A stretch of DNA of 64,000 bases, taken from positions 19,716,001 to 19,780,000 of the forward strand of contig OX597818.1 in NCBI GenBank assembly GCA_951406725.2, in the 5' to 3' direction. Positions within the stretch are counted from its first letter, which is position 1; each line of letters starts with the position of its first letter. The notes under the pieces were generated by a model. It was not told the origin of the DNA, ran no database searches, and was given only the letters and a program-made list of their open reading frames with translations. This DNA is from Octopus vulgaris. Lineage: Eukaryota. Below are positions 40,186 through 56,574 of the stretch, one piece after another. The translations under genes were made by a program, and so were the position numbers.

Positions 40186-40414
40186 ATTTCTTTATTGCCC
40201 ACAACGGGCTAAACATAGAGGGGACAATCAAGGACAGAAAAAGGGATTAAGTCGATTACATCGACCCCAGTGCGTAACTGGTACTTAATTTATCGACCCC
40301 GAAAGGATGAAAGGCAAAGTCGACCTCGGCGGAATTTGAACTCAGAACGTAGCGGCAGACGAAATACCGCTAAGCATTTCGCCCGGCGTGCTAACGTTTC
40401 TGCCAGCTCGCCGC
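40186..40414 (-). mobile_element. SINE family B
   Basis: Full-length reverse copy. Confidence 0.85.
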
Positions 40415-41757
40415 TTTCTATACTATCGTTCCTAATACATGAATGATACTGCAATTTAATTCTAATACATGAATGATACTACAATTTAAATACTGGGGGA
40501 CGGTGGTATTGACTCCGGAAAAAAAAAGGATTAAATCAATCTTGAGGGGTATTCGAAACTAGAATGTAAAGAGCCAGAAAAAATAACGCGTGGTATATTG
40601 CCCTGAAGCTCTAGGGATTAGGCCAGCTCAAGCGGCTGATAATCTTTAGAAAAAGATACAGCGATGATTCTAATGAACGACTAATATTTAATTGCCGCTA
40701 AGTAAAGTACGCGGGCCCCACTAATTATGATAAAATAACTGTTTGACAGCATTATGTATTATCTCTTATTTTCAGTTTTCGCTGTGTGTATGTGTATACA
40801 CACGCGCGCGCGCAACACACACACACGCACAGAGTAAAAGAGCAAAGAATGAGCGGCTTAAAACATTGCTACACCTGTTTCAATTGTGGGTCATTTATTT
40901 AACAATGCGTTATAGTGTCATTATATTACGTAATATTGCGAGTGCATTATTACATAACCCCACCATTTCATCAGGCAATTTGGAACATATTATCGGCCAA
41001 AATCAAATCAAACTAATAATGAAAATATATTTTGCAGATGAATACTTATTAGCAACAAATATTTATTTTAGAAAGATAAAAATAGCAGATAAAACTATTC
41101 ATCAACCAAAATATTTATCAGAGAACGTTAACAGTAACAAATTTTTCAGCTACTTGAATAATTTATTGATGTTTATGGCTGTTAAAATTCTTTGATAAAA
41201 TTTTTGGTTGACGAATGCTTTTTTCAGTTAAGAGACAGATCTGACTTAACCACTCCTTTCGTCAAATCTAAAATCCCTTTTGCTTCTATAGCAAACGAAG
41301 TGAAGTGATTGAATATAATCCACAATATCTTCTCTCTCAGTTTTTGAGAAGAATTGTATACCTATCTAAAATTGATCATACTTTCAATATAGCATTGTAA
41401 CATTGCGTAATATTATGTAATACAAACGCATTGTTAAATAAATGACCACCCCATTGAAACGAGTGTAGCAATATTTTGAGCCCTCCATTTTGCTTGTTTT
41501 AACTATATTATACATCGCGTAATATGTTACAAAGTCTCATTGCTACATAAATGGGTTTACAGGATGCTGGGGATCGTTATATAACTGTGTAACTTTGTAA
41601 CGACTGCCATATTCACCAGCTGATTGATTGAGAATAATATGCATTCATTCATAGTACCCTGATGTACGTGGAAATACTACTAAATTATATATATATGTGT
41701 GTGCATGTGTGTGTGTGTGTATGTATGCATGTATGTATATATCTATATCTATATCTA

Positions 41758-41830
<73 letters not shown>

Positions 41831-42578
41831 TGTTTTCCGTGTTAAAATTAAGCCCACTTCTGACATTGTATTGACATCTTTTACGTTCCTCGTACCAATT
41901 ATTACCCATTAAGTTGTTATATCTGGTTCAGCAGGGATTTTACCCGGTTAACACTTTCGACATACTGGACCGTCTGAAATTACAGTCGAACCTTTGGGTG
42001 TACCTCGACCCGTTGAGAGTGATGTTTGTTTATTTCTTTCCCCTTAATGCCACCCTCTGTACAAAATTGATCAGCGGGTCCAATCTTAGCAAAATCCGAA
42101 GAAAGGTGTTAAGTTTATGTCATAAAATAGAATCCATGTGACCATTTACATGAAAATATAAAAGTTACGGCCAAAAATAAAATCCGTATGGGTATTTGCA
42201 CGCAAAAAGCCTATTGATTTTATAAAACCACTGTTCAGGCGCAGTAATCGATTTTTAGTCAACGCCATATACTGACATCAACTCACTGCTATGAGCCTCG
42301 CTCACTCATCGATTTTCATCAAAATCGAACAAAAAAGTACAAAAGCTGCAGGAAAAATAGCATCGTTATGGGAATTTTCATTCAAACGCCCGATTAAGCT
42401 CACAAAAATCGATGCCAACAGAGCATTATCGAGTTTTCGAAAAGTTCTGGCATTATTTGAACTTCAGGGCTTGTGATCTACCAATGTGCCAAAAATCATT
42501 AAAATCGGTTGGACGGTGTGGGAGGAGTTAGAGTAACCCCAAACACACACAGACAAACACCATTATACATTTATGTGC

Positions 42579-42639
<61 letters not shown>

Positions 42640-42703
42640 TAGGTATGTACTTATCTGTGCATAAGTATGCATTTGCATATCTGCGTATATTTACAGCTAT
42701 GTA

Positions 42704-43267
42704 CACTACCGTCAGAAATTAATTAGCACCCTTGATTTGCTCACCACGAAGCATGGTGGGGGTGGTCTGATGGTGTGAGGGGCGTTCAGCTATAGTGGTG
42801 TTGGGCGGCTCTATGCCGTCGAAGGCAACATCAACGCAGCAAAGTACGTTGAGATAGTACGGGATACCTCTTTGGTGGCGAGGAGTACGTGCTGGCCAGT
42901 CACCTGACCTGAACCCTATTGAGAACCTCTGGAGTCGATTGGGTAGGGATTTGAATGTGCAGCAATACAGGAACCGACACGAGCTGTTTGGGGCACTTCT
43001 TGCTGCATGAGAGGCCATCCCTGCACAGTACCTACAGGCACTCATAGACAGCATGCCGACCCGCGTAGCAGCTGTCATTGCTGCCAAAGGAGGTGCAACA
43101 AGATATTGACTAAATTTCACGATTAATAACAATTATGTGGTGTGCTGGGATATGTTTTAATAAATTTTTGATTAAAAACGAGTTCGTTTCTGATAAGTTA
43201 ATTAAATTAAGAAAATGTAAGAAAATGTAGAAATTTGAGAAGTGCTAATTAATTTCCGACGCAAGTG
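42704..43267 (+). mobile_element. Internally deleted Tc1 element
   Basis: TA-flanked 26-bp TIRs CACT..CGTC.GAAATTAATTAGCAC; HGGGGLMV, SPDLNPIENLW, SMPTRVAAVIAAKGGATRY. Confidence 0.9.
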
Positions 43268-43291
43268 TATATATATATATATGTATGTATG

Positions 43292-43325
<34 letters not shown>

Positions 43326-44259
43326 TGTATGTATGTATATGTATATACGCGTGTGTGTGTGTGCGTGTATGTATGCGGCTGTGTGTCTGTGAATAAGTAT
43401 GCGTCTGTGCATGCATGTGCGTGCGCATGCGCATGTGTCAGTCCACGTGCATTCAATATGACTAACACTATTGAAAAAACATTTTCTGTATATATCAAAT
43501 ATATCAAAATATAAACACAAAACCGTATTTAACAGGATATAAAGGTAACAGCTATTCCTTTATGTATGTATGTATGTATGTATATACCTATCTAGTTATA
43601 AACACAGACACCCGCACGCACGCGCGCACACACACACACACACACACATACATACATACATACATAATACATACATACATACATACATACATACACACAA
43701 GCACGCTGGCGCGTTGCTATATTTTCAAGTGTTGTTAACTACAAATTGACTACACAAAGTAAATATAACTCGATACTTAACCTGCTGTACGTTTATTGCA
43801 TACATTATTTCTACCATACATTGCATAAATAAAATTCCCATACCCTATACTCAAATATTTATGTTACTGGAGGTCGCTCACCCAGTCACCGTCATTAGAA
43901 TATAGCTTTCGGGCCCTAAACTTAGCGTATCTTGATTATGAAGAAGCTGGAATTAATATGGTCCGGAGAGTCAAGAAAAGGTTTCGGAACATATGCGAAG
44001 GAATCTTTATATTCTTTTCTATTCTTGACATAATGCCCTCAATTTTATTTTTGGGAGGAAGTAGGGGGAAGTCGATTAGATCGACGCCAGTGCGCAACTG
44101 TTACTTAATTTATCCACTCCGAAAGGATGAAAGGCAAAGTCGACCTCGTATGAAGTTCATACGATAATCGTTTATTCCTTTGTTATCTCTTTTTTCTTAC
44201 ATATATATATATAAATATGTGTGTGTGTGTGTATGCATATATACATACGTATATGTACA

Positions 44260-44640
44260 CTAGCAGTATCGCCCGGCGTTGCTCAGGTTTGTAAGGGAAA
44301 TAACTATAAAGCATTTTTAGAGAGTTATAGCCAGAAAATAGCAAAAAAAAATGGAAAAAAACGATGGTAAATTTTTTTGAGATTAAAAAAAGGTGGAGTT
44401 GCGTCCCCTAGACAGTTTGCGGTTTGTGTTTCTGATTCTCGACCCCATGTCGAATTTATCGATTTTTTTCAGAACTGGGGGAACTTTTCAAAATTTTCGC
44501 TGCGTTAGTTTTGAATTATGACATTGGGCTATGTGTGTGTCAAGTTTCATCAGAATCGGTTGAAAGCCGTGGTCAGAGTGAGGGTACAAGCAAACAGACA
44601 CACAGAAACACGCACAGACAAACTGCCGTTTATATATAGA
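44260..44640 (-). mobile_element. Non-autonomous Helitron
   Basis: Minus strand starts TCTATATATAAA and ends with a GC-rich imperfect hairpin then CTAG|T. Confidence 0.7.
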
Positions 44641-45150
44641 GTGAAGAGATACTTACATATATATGTATATAAGCTTGTTTCTTCGCGATCGCCACCACAA
44701 CCTCGTTTGACCTTACCAACCCTTCCCGTTTGTTTTCAGTCCTGCTTTTGTCACCAATTTTGATCTTCCGCAAAATCCCAAATTTTATTTGCTTTGCAGG
44801 AGCAACTGCTTTATCGAAGGCGTATCTTGTCGTGAAATGCTCGAAATACGGATTAGAAAGTCAGCCGACAATTGATGAAGGGTCGTTCTTTGTGTTGTTT
44901 GTCTTGTTTTCCAATTCTTTCTTTCGTTGTTCGCAAAAAAAAAAAAATTCATTTTCTATGTCCTCGTACTTCGTAGTTTTTGTTGATTACGTTTTGTGAC
45001 GTCCTGTGCCCACATATGCATATGTATATACGTATACATGTAAGTTTGTACATATACGTATGTATGTATGCATACATATATATTATTTATATTATTATAT
45101 GATCGAACGCCACGCATCCTTTTTCAAATAAGTTTTATCTCTCTCTCTCT

Positions 45151-45190
<40 letters not shown>

Positions 45191-45279
45191 GCATATATAT
45201 ATATAAATACGCACACACACACACGCATATATGCATACATGCATACACGCGTACACAGATATCTATAAATCCATATATA

Positions 45280-45327
<48 letters not shown>

Positions 45328-45337
45328 TGTGTGTATG

Positions 45338-45410
<73 letters not shown>

Positions 45411-45427
45411 TTAATCATCCTCTCACA

Positions 45428-45482
45428 CCGCCTCCGATGAAGGCAAATAATTTATAAATATCCTGGAAACAGCTGTAAGACC
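45428..45482 (+). ncRNA. Hammerhead-like motif, CCGAUGA variant, partly degenerate
   Basis: CCGATGA AGG..CCTg GAAA CAGCTG TA^AGAC; palindromic helix III; weak helix I; (TA)n flanks. Confidence 0.5.
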
Positions 45483-45547
45483 TTTTATCTATAAATGTTC
45501 TAATATCTACACAGCCATGGTTTTTATCTCATTACGCAAAAAGTTCT

Positions 45548-45578
<31 letters not shown>

Positions 45579-45690
45579 CCATATATGTATGTATATATAT
45601 ATATACATACATAATACATACATACATACTAACATACATACATACATACATACATACATACATACATACATACATACATACATACATACA

Positions 45691-45724
<34 letters not shown>

Positions 45725-45884
45725 CATACATACATACATACATACATACATACATACATACATACATACATACATACATAGAAAGTACGAAAACACCGCA
45801 AAACCTTGTGACGGTATGGCTCGATTATGAGAAAGTATTCTACTCTATTTCCATTGTTTATATACAATGTATACAAACAATGAA

Positions 45885-46210
45885 GGCGCGTGGCTTAGTG
45901 GTTAGGGTATTCGACACACGATTGTAAGGTCGTGAATTCGATTCCCGGCGATGCGTTGTGTCCTTGAGCAAGACACTTTATTTCACGTTGCTCCAGTTCA
46001 CTCAGCTGGCAAAAATGAGTTGTACCTGTATTTCAAAGGGCCGGCCTTGTCACACTCTGTGTCACGCTGAATCTCCCTGAGAACTACATTAAGGGTAAAC
46101 GTGTCTGTGGAGTGCTCAACTACTTGCACGTTAATTTCACGAGCAGGCTGTTCCGTTGATCGTATCAGCTGGGACCCACGTCGTCGTAACCGACGGAGTG
46201 CTCCTAACTA
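45885..46210 (+). mobile_element. SINE family C variant with 12-bp TSD
   Basis: tRNA head; ACAAACAATGAA at 45873-45884 and 46211-46222. Confidence 0.85.
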
Positions 46211-46484
46211 ACAAACAATGAAATCCTTACACTAGGCTCCTCGCTGTTCCGTTCATGAGGTATCATGTGACCATATATTCTTTTTGATGAATCGCTGTCT
46301 TGTAGAAACATAATCGTGTCTGAAGATGATATGGAATAAATATATTATGCAGTTTATATTTTTAAAAGAATCTTCATAATTCTTGAACATCCATTATATT
46401 ATTGCTTTAAACTTGATTTTAAAAATCTTTTATTGAGTTCTTTTTTTATTCCTTTCGACTAAATAATTTCTTGTGTGTGTGTGT

Positions 46485-46572
<88 letters not shown>

Positions 46573-46599
46573 ACAGTAAAGCTTCATCTTCAGAAAGCT

Positions 46600-46882
46600 C
46601 TCTTTCCAGACACAAGTCCAGACAAGTTTGTCTGTGGAAAACCAGCAGTCACCCATACATACCAGTCTCCTCTCTCCACGACACTGATGTTGTCCAAGGG
46701 AAGGGTAAAGGCCAATACAACTTGGCACCAGAGACGTCGCAACTCATTACTACAGCTAAGTGAACTGTAACAACGTGAAATAAAGGGTCTTGCTCAAGAA
46801 CACAACCCCATAGTTCATGAATCGAACCCATAACCTCACGATTGTAAGCCCGACGTCTTAATCACTGAGCTATGCGCCTTCA
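46600..46882 (-). mobile_element. SINE family C, diverged
   Basis: Homologous to 29335-29668. Confidence 0.75.
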
Positions 46883-47616
46883 CGTGCGCGCGCATACACA
46901 CACACACACATATTTCCATGCTAGCTTCGTTTGACTTGTCTGTGCTTAATTTTCTTCTGAATTGTTTTTGGTCCTAAAAATAAAAGCTTTTTATTATGAT
47001 TTAGCCAGCGTAAGGTGGTGAGCTGCTGTATCATTAGCACGCCGGGTGAAATGCTTAGCGGCATTTCGTCCGACTCTACTTTCTAAGTTCAACTTCCACT
47101 GAGGTCGACTTTGCCTTTAGTTTTTCTTCGGAGTCGATGAAACAAGCAAAAGTTGACCACTAGAGTCGATGTAATCGACTAGACCCCTTCCAAAAAATAT
47201 CAGGTCTTGTGCCTATAGTAGAAACGATTATATTTCAGCCACTTTCTTGCCCACACTCTTTCTCTATTTCTTTCACTAAGTCTCTCTCTTCTTTCCTATT
47301 CACCTCTCGTTCTCTTTCTCCCCACTCCTCTGTTAGATTCTATATCTTCCCAGAATTCATTTTCGATTTCTCACAATCCCACTGCACAACCCAGCTTCTT
47401 TCTCGAACTTACATATGATGAGAGAAACATAACGAAGGCCAAAGGGCTTAACTTTACAAGCATTCACAATGTTCCCTCGGCTTGGACATTCTTTTTTACC
47501 CCAGTCGAAAGACTCGCAGTAAAACTTTCTTTAATTCATTGTCCGGTATTTCGTTTGTCTTAACTATAGAGCCCAATTATTTTCCATATCTTTTTTGTCA
47601 AGTAGACAGACTTGTA

Positions 47617-48243
47617 TACGAGGAGGTGCTGGAAGGTTCCTGGATTTAAGGGTATTGTTGAAGGCCTGGTTGGAGACCCAACATTCTGAGTTCTTTTATA
47701 GGGCTTAGAAAAACTGAAGGACCGCTGCAATCAGTGAGTGAATCTGGGAGGGAAATATGTTGAATAAAATCATAGGCGCAGGAGTGGCTGTGTGGTAAGT
47801 AGCTTGTTTACCAACCACATTGTTCCGGGTTCAGTCCCACTGCGTGGCACCTTCGGCAAGTGTCTTCTACAATAGCCTCGGGTCGACCAAAGTCTTGTGA
47901 GTAGATTTGGTAGACGGAAACTGAAAGAAGCCCGTCGTATATATGTATATATATGTATGTGTGTGTCAATGTGTGTCTGTGTTTGTCCCCCCAGTATCGC
48001 TTGACAACCGATGCTGGTGTGTTTAGGTCCCCGTAACTTAGCGGTTCGGTAAAAGAGACCGATAGAATAAGTACTAGGCTTACAAAGAATAAGAAGTCCT
48101 GGGGTCGACTTGATTCGACTAAAGGCGGTGCTCCAGCATAGCCGCAGTCAAATGACTGAAACTAGTAAAAGAATAAAAAGAAAAGAATAATATTAACTGA
48201 TCCTCCAGTATTTTCTTTTACCCACAACCAGGAACGTTTCAGC
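47617..48243 (+). mobile_element. mariner-derived MITE interrupted by a family A SINE (47775-48188)
   Basis: TACGAGG.GGTGCTG.AAG.TTCCTGG left TIR, CCAGGAAC.TTTCAGC right remnant, mariner-like ...TATGTTGAATAA end. Confidence 0.7.
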
Positions 48244-48749
48244 TATTTTGGGGGAAGGGATGTGTCGATTACATCGATCCCAGTGTTCAACTGGTACTTA
48301 ATTTATCGACCCCGAAATGATGAAATGCAAAGTCGACCCCGGCGGAATTTGTGCTCAGAACGTAAGGCAGTATGAAATACCTCTTGGCATTTTGCCCGAC
48401 GTGCTAACGATTCTGCCAACTCGCCGCCTTGTGGTAATCTATTATTGAAGTGTTTGTTTACAAGTGCTGTTGTTGATTCAGAAATCAGCTTTCATCAGGC
48501 TGACCAATGATGAAAGTTCTTTCAAGTCATGACCATTGGTCTTTTGCATAACTCAGATTACAGTGTGCATCATATCTTTCCGTTTTCAAGACAGTATGGT
48601 ATTCTAAGAAGATTTGACTATTTTCTAGCTGGTTGATCGCTTCGTAAAGTAGAGGTGAGAACAGCTCTAATGTTTAACTAGTGTATAAGAACTTGCATAA
48701 GAACCTGTGGTGTGTGTGTGTGTGTGTGTGTATGTGTGTGTGTGTGTGT

Positions 48750-48828
<79 letters not shown>

Positions 48829-49131
48829 GAAGGAGAACATTTGTTTTAAGGAAAATAATGAACCATTAATTTTACAAATTCATATATGTATGTAATGTGT
48901 ATTAAATTACTCTTTTGGTATGAAGACTTACTTTTTTATATATGGGTGGGGCGTCTCCATTCCGAATATATAGGCTCTCCTCATATATTTGGTGTGTATC
49001 TTATATGTGTGTGAGTCTTCTTGTTTGCTTGTTTAAGTGCGTGTAAATATGCGTGTGGGTTGTGTGTTTTATATATATATATATATATATATGCGTGTAT
49101 TTGCATAACTGTGTGTGTATCTGCATATATC

Positions 49132-49171
<40 letters not shown>

Positions 49172-50492
49172 CAGAGAGAGTGAATGTTAGGGCTTGCCTA
49201 CTTATGCACGTGAAGACTGTATCCGGCGGACCCTACCGTCTTCGCTTTCGTTTAACTCATGGTTCAACGAAAGGGTAGGCGACTGCAGTAGCGCATCGCA
49301 GAATGTAGAGAACAAGATGAGGCAAGTAAGATGTCTTGGCCATCCATTGCATCTGTCTCCATCCTCAGTCGTCTTGACCTGGATTTGCCACCAGATTAAA
49401 GATGGTCACAGACGACAGAGAGAGGTTGTCAATGCGCAACTTTTCACTTTAAACAAAGTCACAGCACAAATCATTAACCATCCTAAAGGATGATTAGATG
49501 GTCCTCGTCGCTCCAACCGATGAACATGGAATGTGTAGACGCAGCATGTCCGAAGTGTCTTTTAACATAGCCGAGGGTCAATCCAAAATCGTGAATGAAA
49601 TTAACGATTTTCTTTTTACTTGTTTCTGTCATCAGACTGCAGCTATGCTAGGGCACCGCCTTGAAGAATATTAAGTCGAACGAATCGACCACTACATATT
49701 TTTTGTTAAGTCTGGTACTTATTCTATCGGACTCTTTTTGCTGAATCACTAAGTTACTGGGACGTAAACACACTAACACCGCTTCTGAAGCAGTAGTGAG
49801 GGACAAACACAGACACAAAGATACACACACACACACACACACACTCACACACGCGCACGCGCGCGCATGCACGCACATACACATACATACATACATACAT
49901 ACATGTACATGCATACACAGACATACATACGCGCGCACACAAACACACACACACACAGACGTGCGTGCATATGCACACACACACACATATACGACATGCT
50001 GCTTTCAGTTTCTGTCTACCAAATCCATTCACAATGCTTTCTCCAGGCAAGTAGAAGACACTTGCCCAAGGTGCCACATGATGAGACCGAACCCGGAACT
50101 ATGTGGTTGGGAAGCAAGATTCTTACCACTTAGTCACGCCTGCACCTATATGTTGACGGAAATTGTGCAGCAGCCCATCAAATGGATTGAACCTGTAGTT
50201 CAAATGTTTCTTGTCGCTACTGTATCGCGGTTATTACTTTAAGAGTACACGTGTCTTTGGAATATTCATCCACTCACATGCCAATTCAATGAACAGGTAG
50301 TTCAGTTGCTCGAACAACAGAAGAGTCAGCGCCGAAACCGACGCATATTCGTTTATGTATGTAATAAGTAAGTGTGGTTTAAGTGCGTGCTTGAATGGTA
50401 TACATTCATACATGCATACATACATACATACATACATACATACATACATACATACATACATACATACATGTGCGTGTATATATTTATATATA

Positions 50493-50532
<40 letters not shown>

Positions 50533-50579
50533 ATATTTATATATATATATATATATATCTCTTTATATATATATAAACG

Positions 50580-50646
<67 letters not shown>

Positions 50647-51139
50647 AACCGTTGTCAGTCATGTGCGAGAGATAAAGACGAACAAACGAACTATGCAACA
50701 AACACAAAAGAACACAAAAAAAAGAAAAATGAAAGAGAAAATGAAAGGAAAGGAAGAAAGAAATGAGTGAAACTTTAGAAGTGTGCTTTGGCCTTAAGAG
50801 GCAGAAGAAAGATCAAGTTACAACATTTGAGAAATTGGCAGAGATAGAAGGAGGGTTAGTGGAGAAGAAAATACCTGTAAAAGACTTTACCTGTGGAAGA
50901 GTTACAGATTAGACAACCACCGAGAAGAATGCAGATAAATATGTAAATAAGTATATAAATGAATAAATTGTGTGGTAAGAAGCTTGGTTCCCAAATACAC
51001 CGTTCCGGATTCAGTCCCACTGTGTTGCATCTCGGGCAAATGTTTTCTGCTATAGCCTCTGACCGACCAAAGCCTTGTGAGTGGATTCGGTAGGCGGAAA
51101 CTGAAAGAAGTCCATCATACATATATATATATATATATA

Positions 51140-51820
51140 TATATTTTATATGTAGAAAAATACAAACTGGGACAAGAACGTAAAACATTTAGAAGACGAT
51201 ACAAAAAACACGGACGGGACATTCGAAGCCTTCAATCTTCAGTCAAGAACCGGATCATCCTAGCAATTTCGGCTGATTAATCTTGAGATCGCTCCGATCC
51301 GGCCAGCCCCAAGGAAAAACTAAGCTACGAGCATTAGATTTCTTTGAAGAAGGATCGAATGTATACGAAACAGGGACAGAAAAACGGACGATGCCACACG
51401 AATATAAAATGCAAAAAACAATAATGGTAAAAACAGGACAAAAAACAGCGGGTGTCTTACGACTAATAAACAGTACAAGTTTAGCTGGCGTATTTGGAGA
51501 AAATGCCTTTATCGGCAGACGAAGACAACAGATGTTCTCACGGCAGTGGTCGGAGGCCAAAAGGCTGATTTTTGACCAGCGGTCACGTGAGAGAAGAGAG
51601 AGAAAAGAAAGGGGGCAAAGGAAACAAAGAGAGAGAGAAAGAGGGACGAAGGCAACAGAGGGGGGGAGAAGAGAGAGAAAGAAGGAATTAAAGAGGGGAG
51701 AAGAAAGAGTGCGTGCCAGGGAGGGCTAGTGAGTGCAAAGTGAGAAAGACAGAGAATTGTGAGAGAGTGGGGGGAAGAGTAGACCAAAGAATCAGAGGCA
51801 AGAAAAGAGAAAAGGAGGAG

Positions 51821-51866
<46 letters not shown>

Positions 51867-52269
51867 GGACAGATCAAAGTAGAGTGCAAAGTGTGAAAGG
51901 CAGAGAAATGTAGGAGAGAGAGAGTGTGTAGAGTCGTACCAAATTTACAGGAATATGTACTTGGGTACGGACGTCGCTATATATATTTTTTATATGTAGA
52001 AAAATACAAACTGGGACAAGAACGTAAAACATTTAGAAGACGATACAAAAAACACGGACGGGACATTCGAAGCCTTCAATCTTCAGTCAAGAACCGGATC
52101 ATCCTAGCAATTTCGGCTGATTAATCTTGAGATCGCTCCGATCCGGCCAGCCCCAAGGAAAAACTAAGCTACGAGCATTAGATTTCTTGGAAGAAGGATC
52201 GAATGTATACGAAACAGGGACAGAAAAACGGACAATGCCACACGAATATAAAATACAAAAAACAATAAT
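51140..52269. mobile_element. Non-coding element with about 286 bp terminal direct repeats (pseudo-LTR-like)
   Basis: 51140-51425 versus 51984-52269, period 844, about 3 substitutions; sits in the (TA)n of a family A SINE. Confidence 0.8.
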
Positions 52270-52872
52270 ATATTATATGTGTGTGTGGGGGGGGGAGAGA
52301 GAGAGAGAGAGGTTGTCCCCCATCACCGTTTGACAACCGGTGCTTGTGCGTTTACGTCCCCGTAACTTAGCGGTTCAGCAAAAGACCCCGATTGAAGAAG
52401 TACTAAGCTTAAAATATAAGTCCTAGGGTCGATTTGTACATTTTGTTTGCAGACAATAAAGAAAATAACAGTAATAACGTTTAATAAATGTTGCTTACTG
52501 CAAGTTATGGCTGGACTTCATTGCTTTCAGATATTTTCGCGCCCAACATCACAAAATGCGTCTGAATAAACATTGCCGGACAGCAAATAGAGTTTCGGAC
52601 ATTGCTTAGAAAATGATTTTCATTTTTAACCTCGTATATAGTACGCACTAGGGATTTTGACCTTTAAATTTTGGAAAAAATGCGGATTATACTCGAGGAT
52701 TTACAGTATATATATAGTTACAGACATTCGACAGCGGTTATGGTGAACTTTTATATTTTAAAGTTTGCTTCTTAATAAATCGGACACTTTTACTGAACCG
52801 CTAAAGTTAAGAGGATTAAACAAACCAGTATCGGTTGTCAAGCGGTAATTGGGGACAAACACATGACACACA

Positions 52873-52938
<66 letters not shown>

Positions 52939-54280
52939 AGCGTCCGGCTTCTTTCAGTTTCTGTGTACCAAATCCACTCATAAGGCTTTAGCTGGCCCGG
53001 GGCTACAGTAGAAGACATTTATTTATGTCTTTTATGTTTTACTTAACAACCGATGTTGGTGTGTTTACGTTCGGCAAAAGACTCCGATAGAATAAGTACA
53101 AGACTTACAAAGAACAAGTCCTGAGGTCGATTTCTTCGACTAAAAATTTCGAGGCAGTGCTCCAGCATGGACGAAGTCGAATGACTGAAACAAATAAAAG
53201 AATAAAAGAATTTACACACACACACACACACACATATACAAATACACACACACATGTATACATGTATGTATATGCATGTGCGTGCGCGCGTGTTGAAGAC
53301 ATAAGTATCGGTATCGCTTATAACACATCGTCTACAAATTTGTACCTTAACGTCGTGACCTCTATTCAATCTTTGGAGGTTACAGAGATAGACATCTGGC
53401 AATAGAATGATTCCTGGGTTAGAACAACCAGTCGCACTCAGTCGGGGAAATATGTGCTACTGTTTTATTTATTTATCTATCTTTTTTTCTCATCGTTAAA
53501 AACGTAATCTGATCCTCACATCCACATTCAAGGGCAAATGTTCTAGGAGTATAAGGTGCGCTGTTCCCATCCGCCAAAGAACGTAAATTTTCTCTATAGT
53601 AACTCAGTTATTTTAGTTTCCTGATACATACATGGTCGTAATATACTTTCAGTTGTAACAGTTCACATGCAGACACAAAGGTCAAGTCAGTTTGAAGTCG
53701 TCATATTATGTGCAGAAATAGCCTATAAAGTATGTGAATAACACTTGTGCCAGATTGGTAGCTTTGGCAAGATAGCATGTACACTATGCGATAACAATCA
53801 ACACAATCACAACACGCTACTGCACACAATAGATATTACATTTCCTCATCATACACTGATATATCTTGTAGATATAGCTCCTTCCTCCTTAACAAGGAGG
53901 GTGTACGTGCATGAGTGTGTATGTGTGTGTGTGCGCGCGTGTTTGCATACATAAATACACATACATACATACACACATACATACATACATACATATATAC
54001 ATACATACATACATATACACATATATGTATGTATGTATGTATGCATGTGAATATTTGTGTATATGTGTGCCGTTGTATCTGTTCCCACACCATCGCTTGA
54101 CAACCGATGTTGGTATGTTTACGCCCCCGTAACTTAGCTGTTCGACAAAAAAGACCAATAGAATAAGAATTGCAATGAATAAATCCTGGAGTCAATTTCT
54201 TCGACTAAAACCCTTTTAGGCGGTGCTCCAGCATGGCCGTAGTCAAAAAGACTGAAACAAGTAAAAGTAAAAATAATATA

Positions 54281-54359
<79 letters not shown>

Positions 54360-54360
54360 A

Positions 54361-55722
<1,362 letters not shown>

Positions 55723-55723
55723 C

Positions 55724-55829
<106 letters not shown>

Positions 55830-56574
55830 ATGTGTGTGTTGTGTGTGTGTGTATACGAGTATAATAAGGTAAAAAAAGGTATTACCGACAGAAGAAGCAT
55901 TGGACTCGAATAACAATATTTATATCCTATATATCCTACTTAGAGAAAATATGCTTTTAAGAATGACAAGAATACCATAAAATCTAGCATAGACGCATAG
56001 AGCTAAAAAGCACAGAATATTAGCAGCAGTCCGGTATCAGCGGTGAAACTGCTAGATATCAGAGTGTTTGCACTTTATCAGAAGCTGGTAATCTGTATTT
56101 TCTTTAGGACGATACGAGCTGGTTTCTCACCATGATATTCTTGAAATACAGCCATGTAAATATTGGTGTATGTACGTACGTACGTATGTATGTATGTATG
56201 TATGTATGTATGTATGTATGTATGTATGTATGTATGTGTACATGTATGCATGCATGTATGTATGTAGTACGTACGTCTGTACGTATGTATGTATTTTGTG
56301 CGTATGTATGCACGTATGTGTGGATGGGTATGTGTGTGTGTCTGTCTCTCTATATATGTGTGTGTGAGTGTTTGTGTTTGTGTCTGTGTGTGTCTGTGTT
56401 TGTCCCCACCACCGCTTGACAACCGGCGTTGGTGTGTTTACGTCCCTATAACTTAGTGGTTCGACAAAAGGGAACGATAAAATAAATACCAGGCTTCAAA
56501 AAAAAAAACGAAAATAAATTCTAGGGTCAATTAGTTCGACTAAAAATTCTTCAAGGTGGTGCCCCAGCATGTCC

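Noticed and set aside
41900-42570. Helitron/Helentron-like non-autonomous segment (also about 9180-9650)
   Set aside because: Termini could not be defined.
49250-49600. Possible RTE C-terminal relic (RQVRCLGH)
   Set aside because: Too degenerate to call by eye.
51283-51729. 148-aa ORF in the direct-repeat element
   Set aside because: No recognisable domain; starts in the repeat and ends in GA-rich low complexity.
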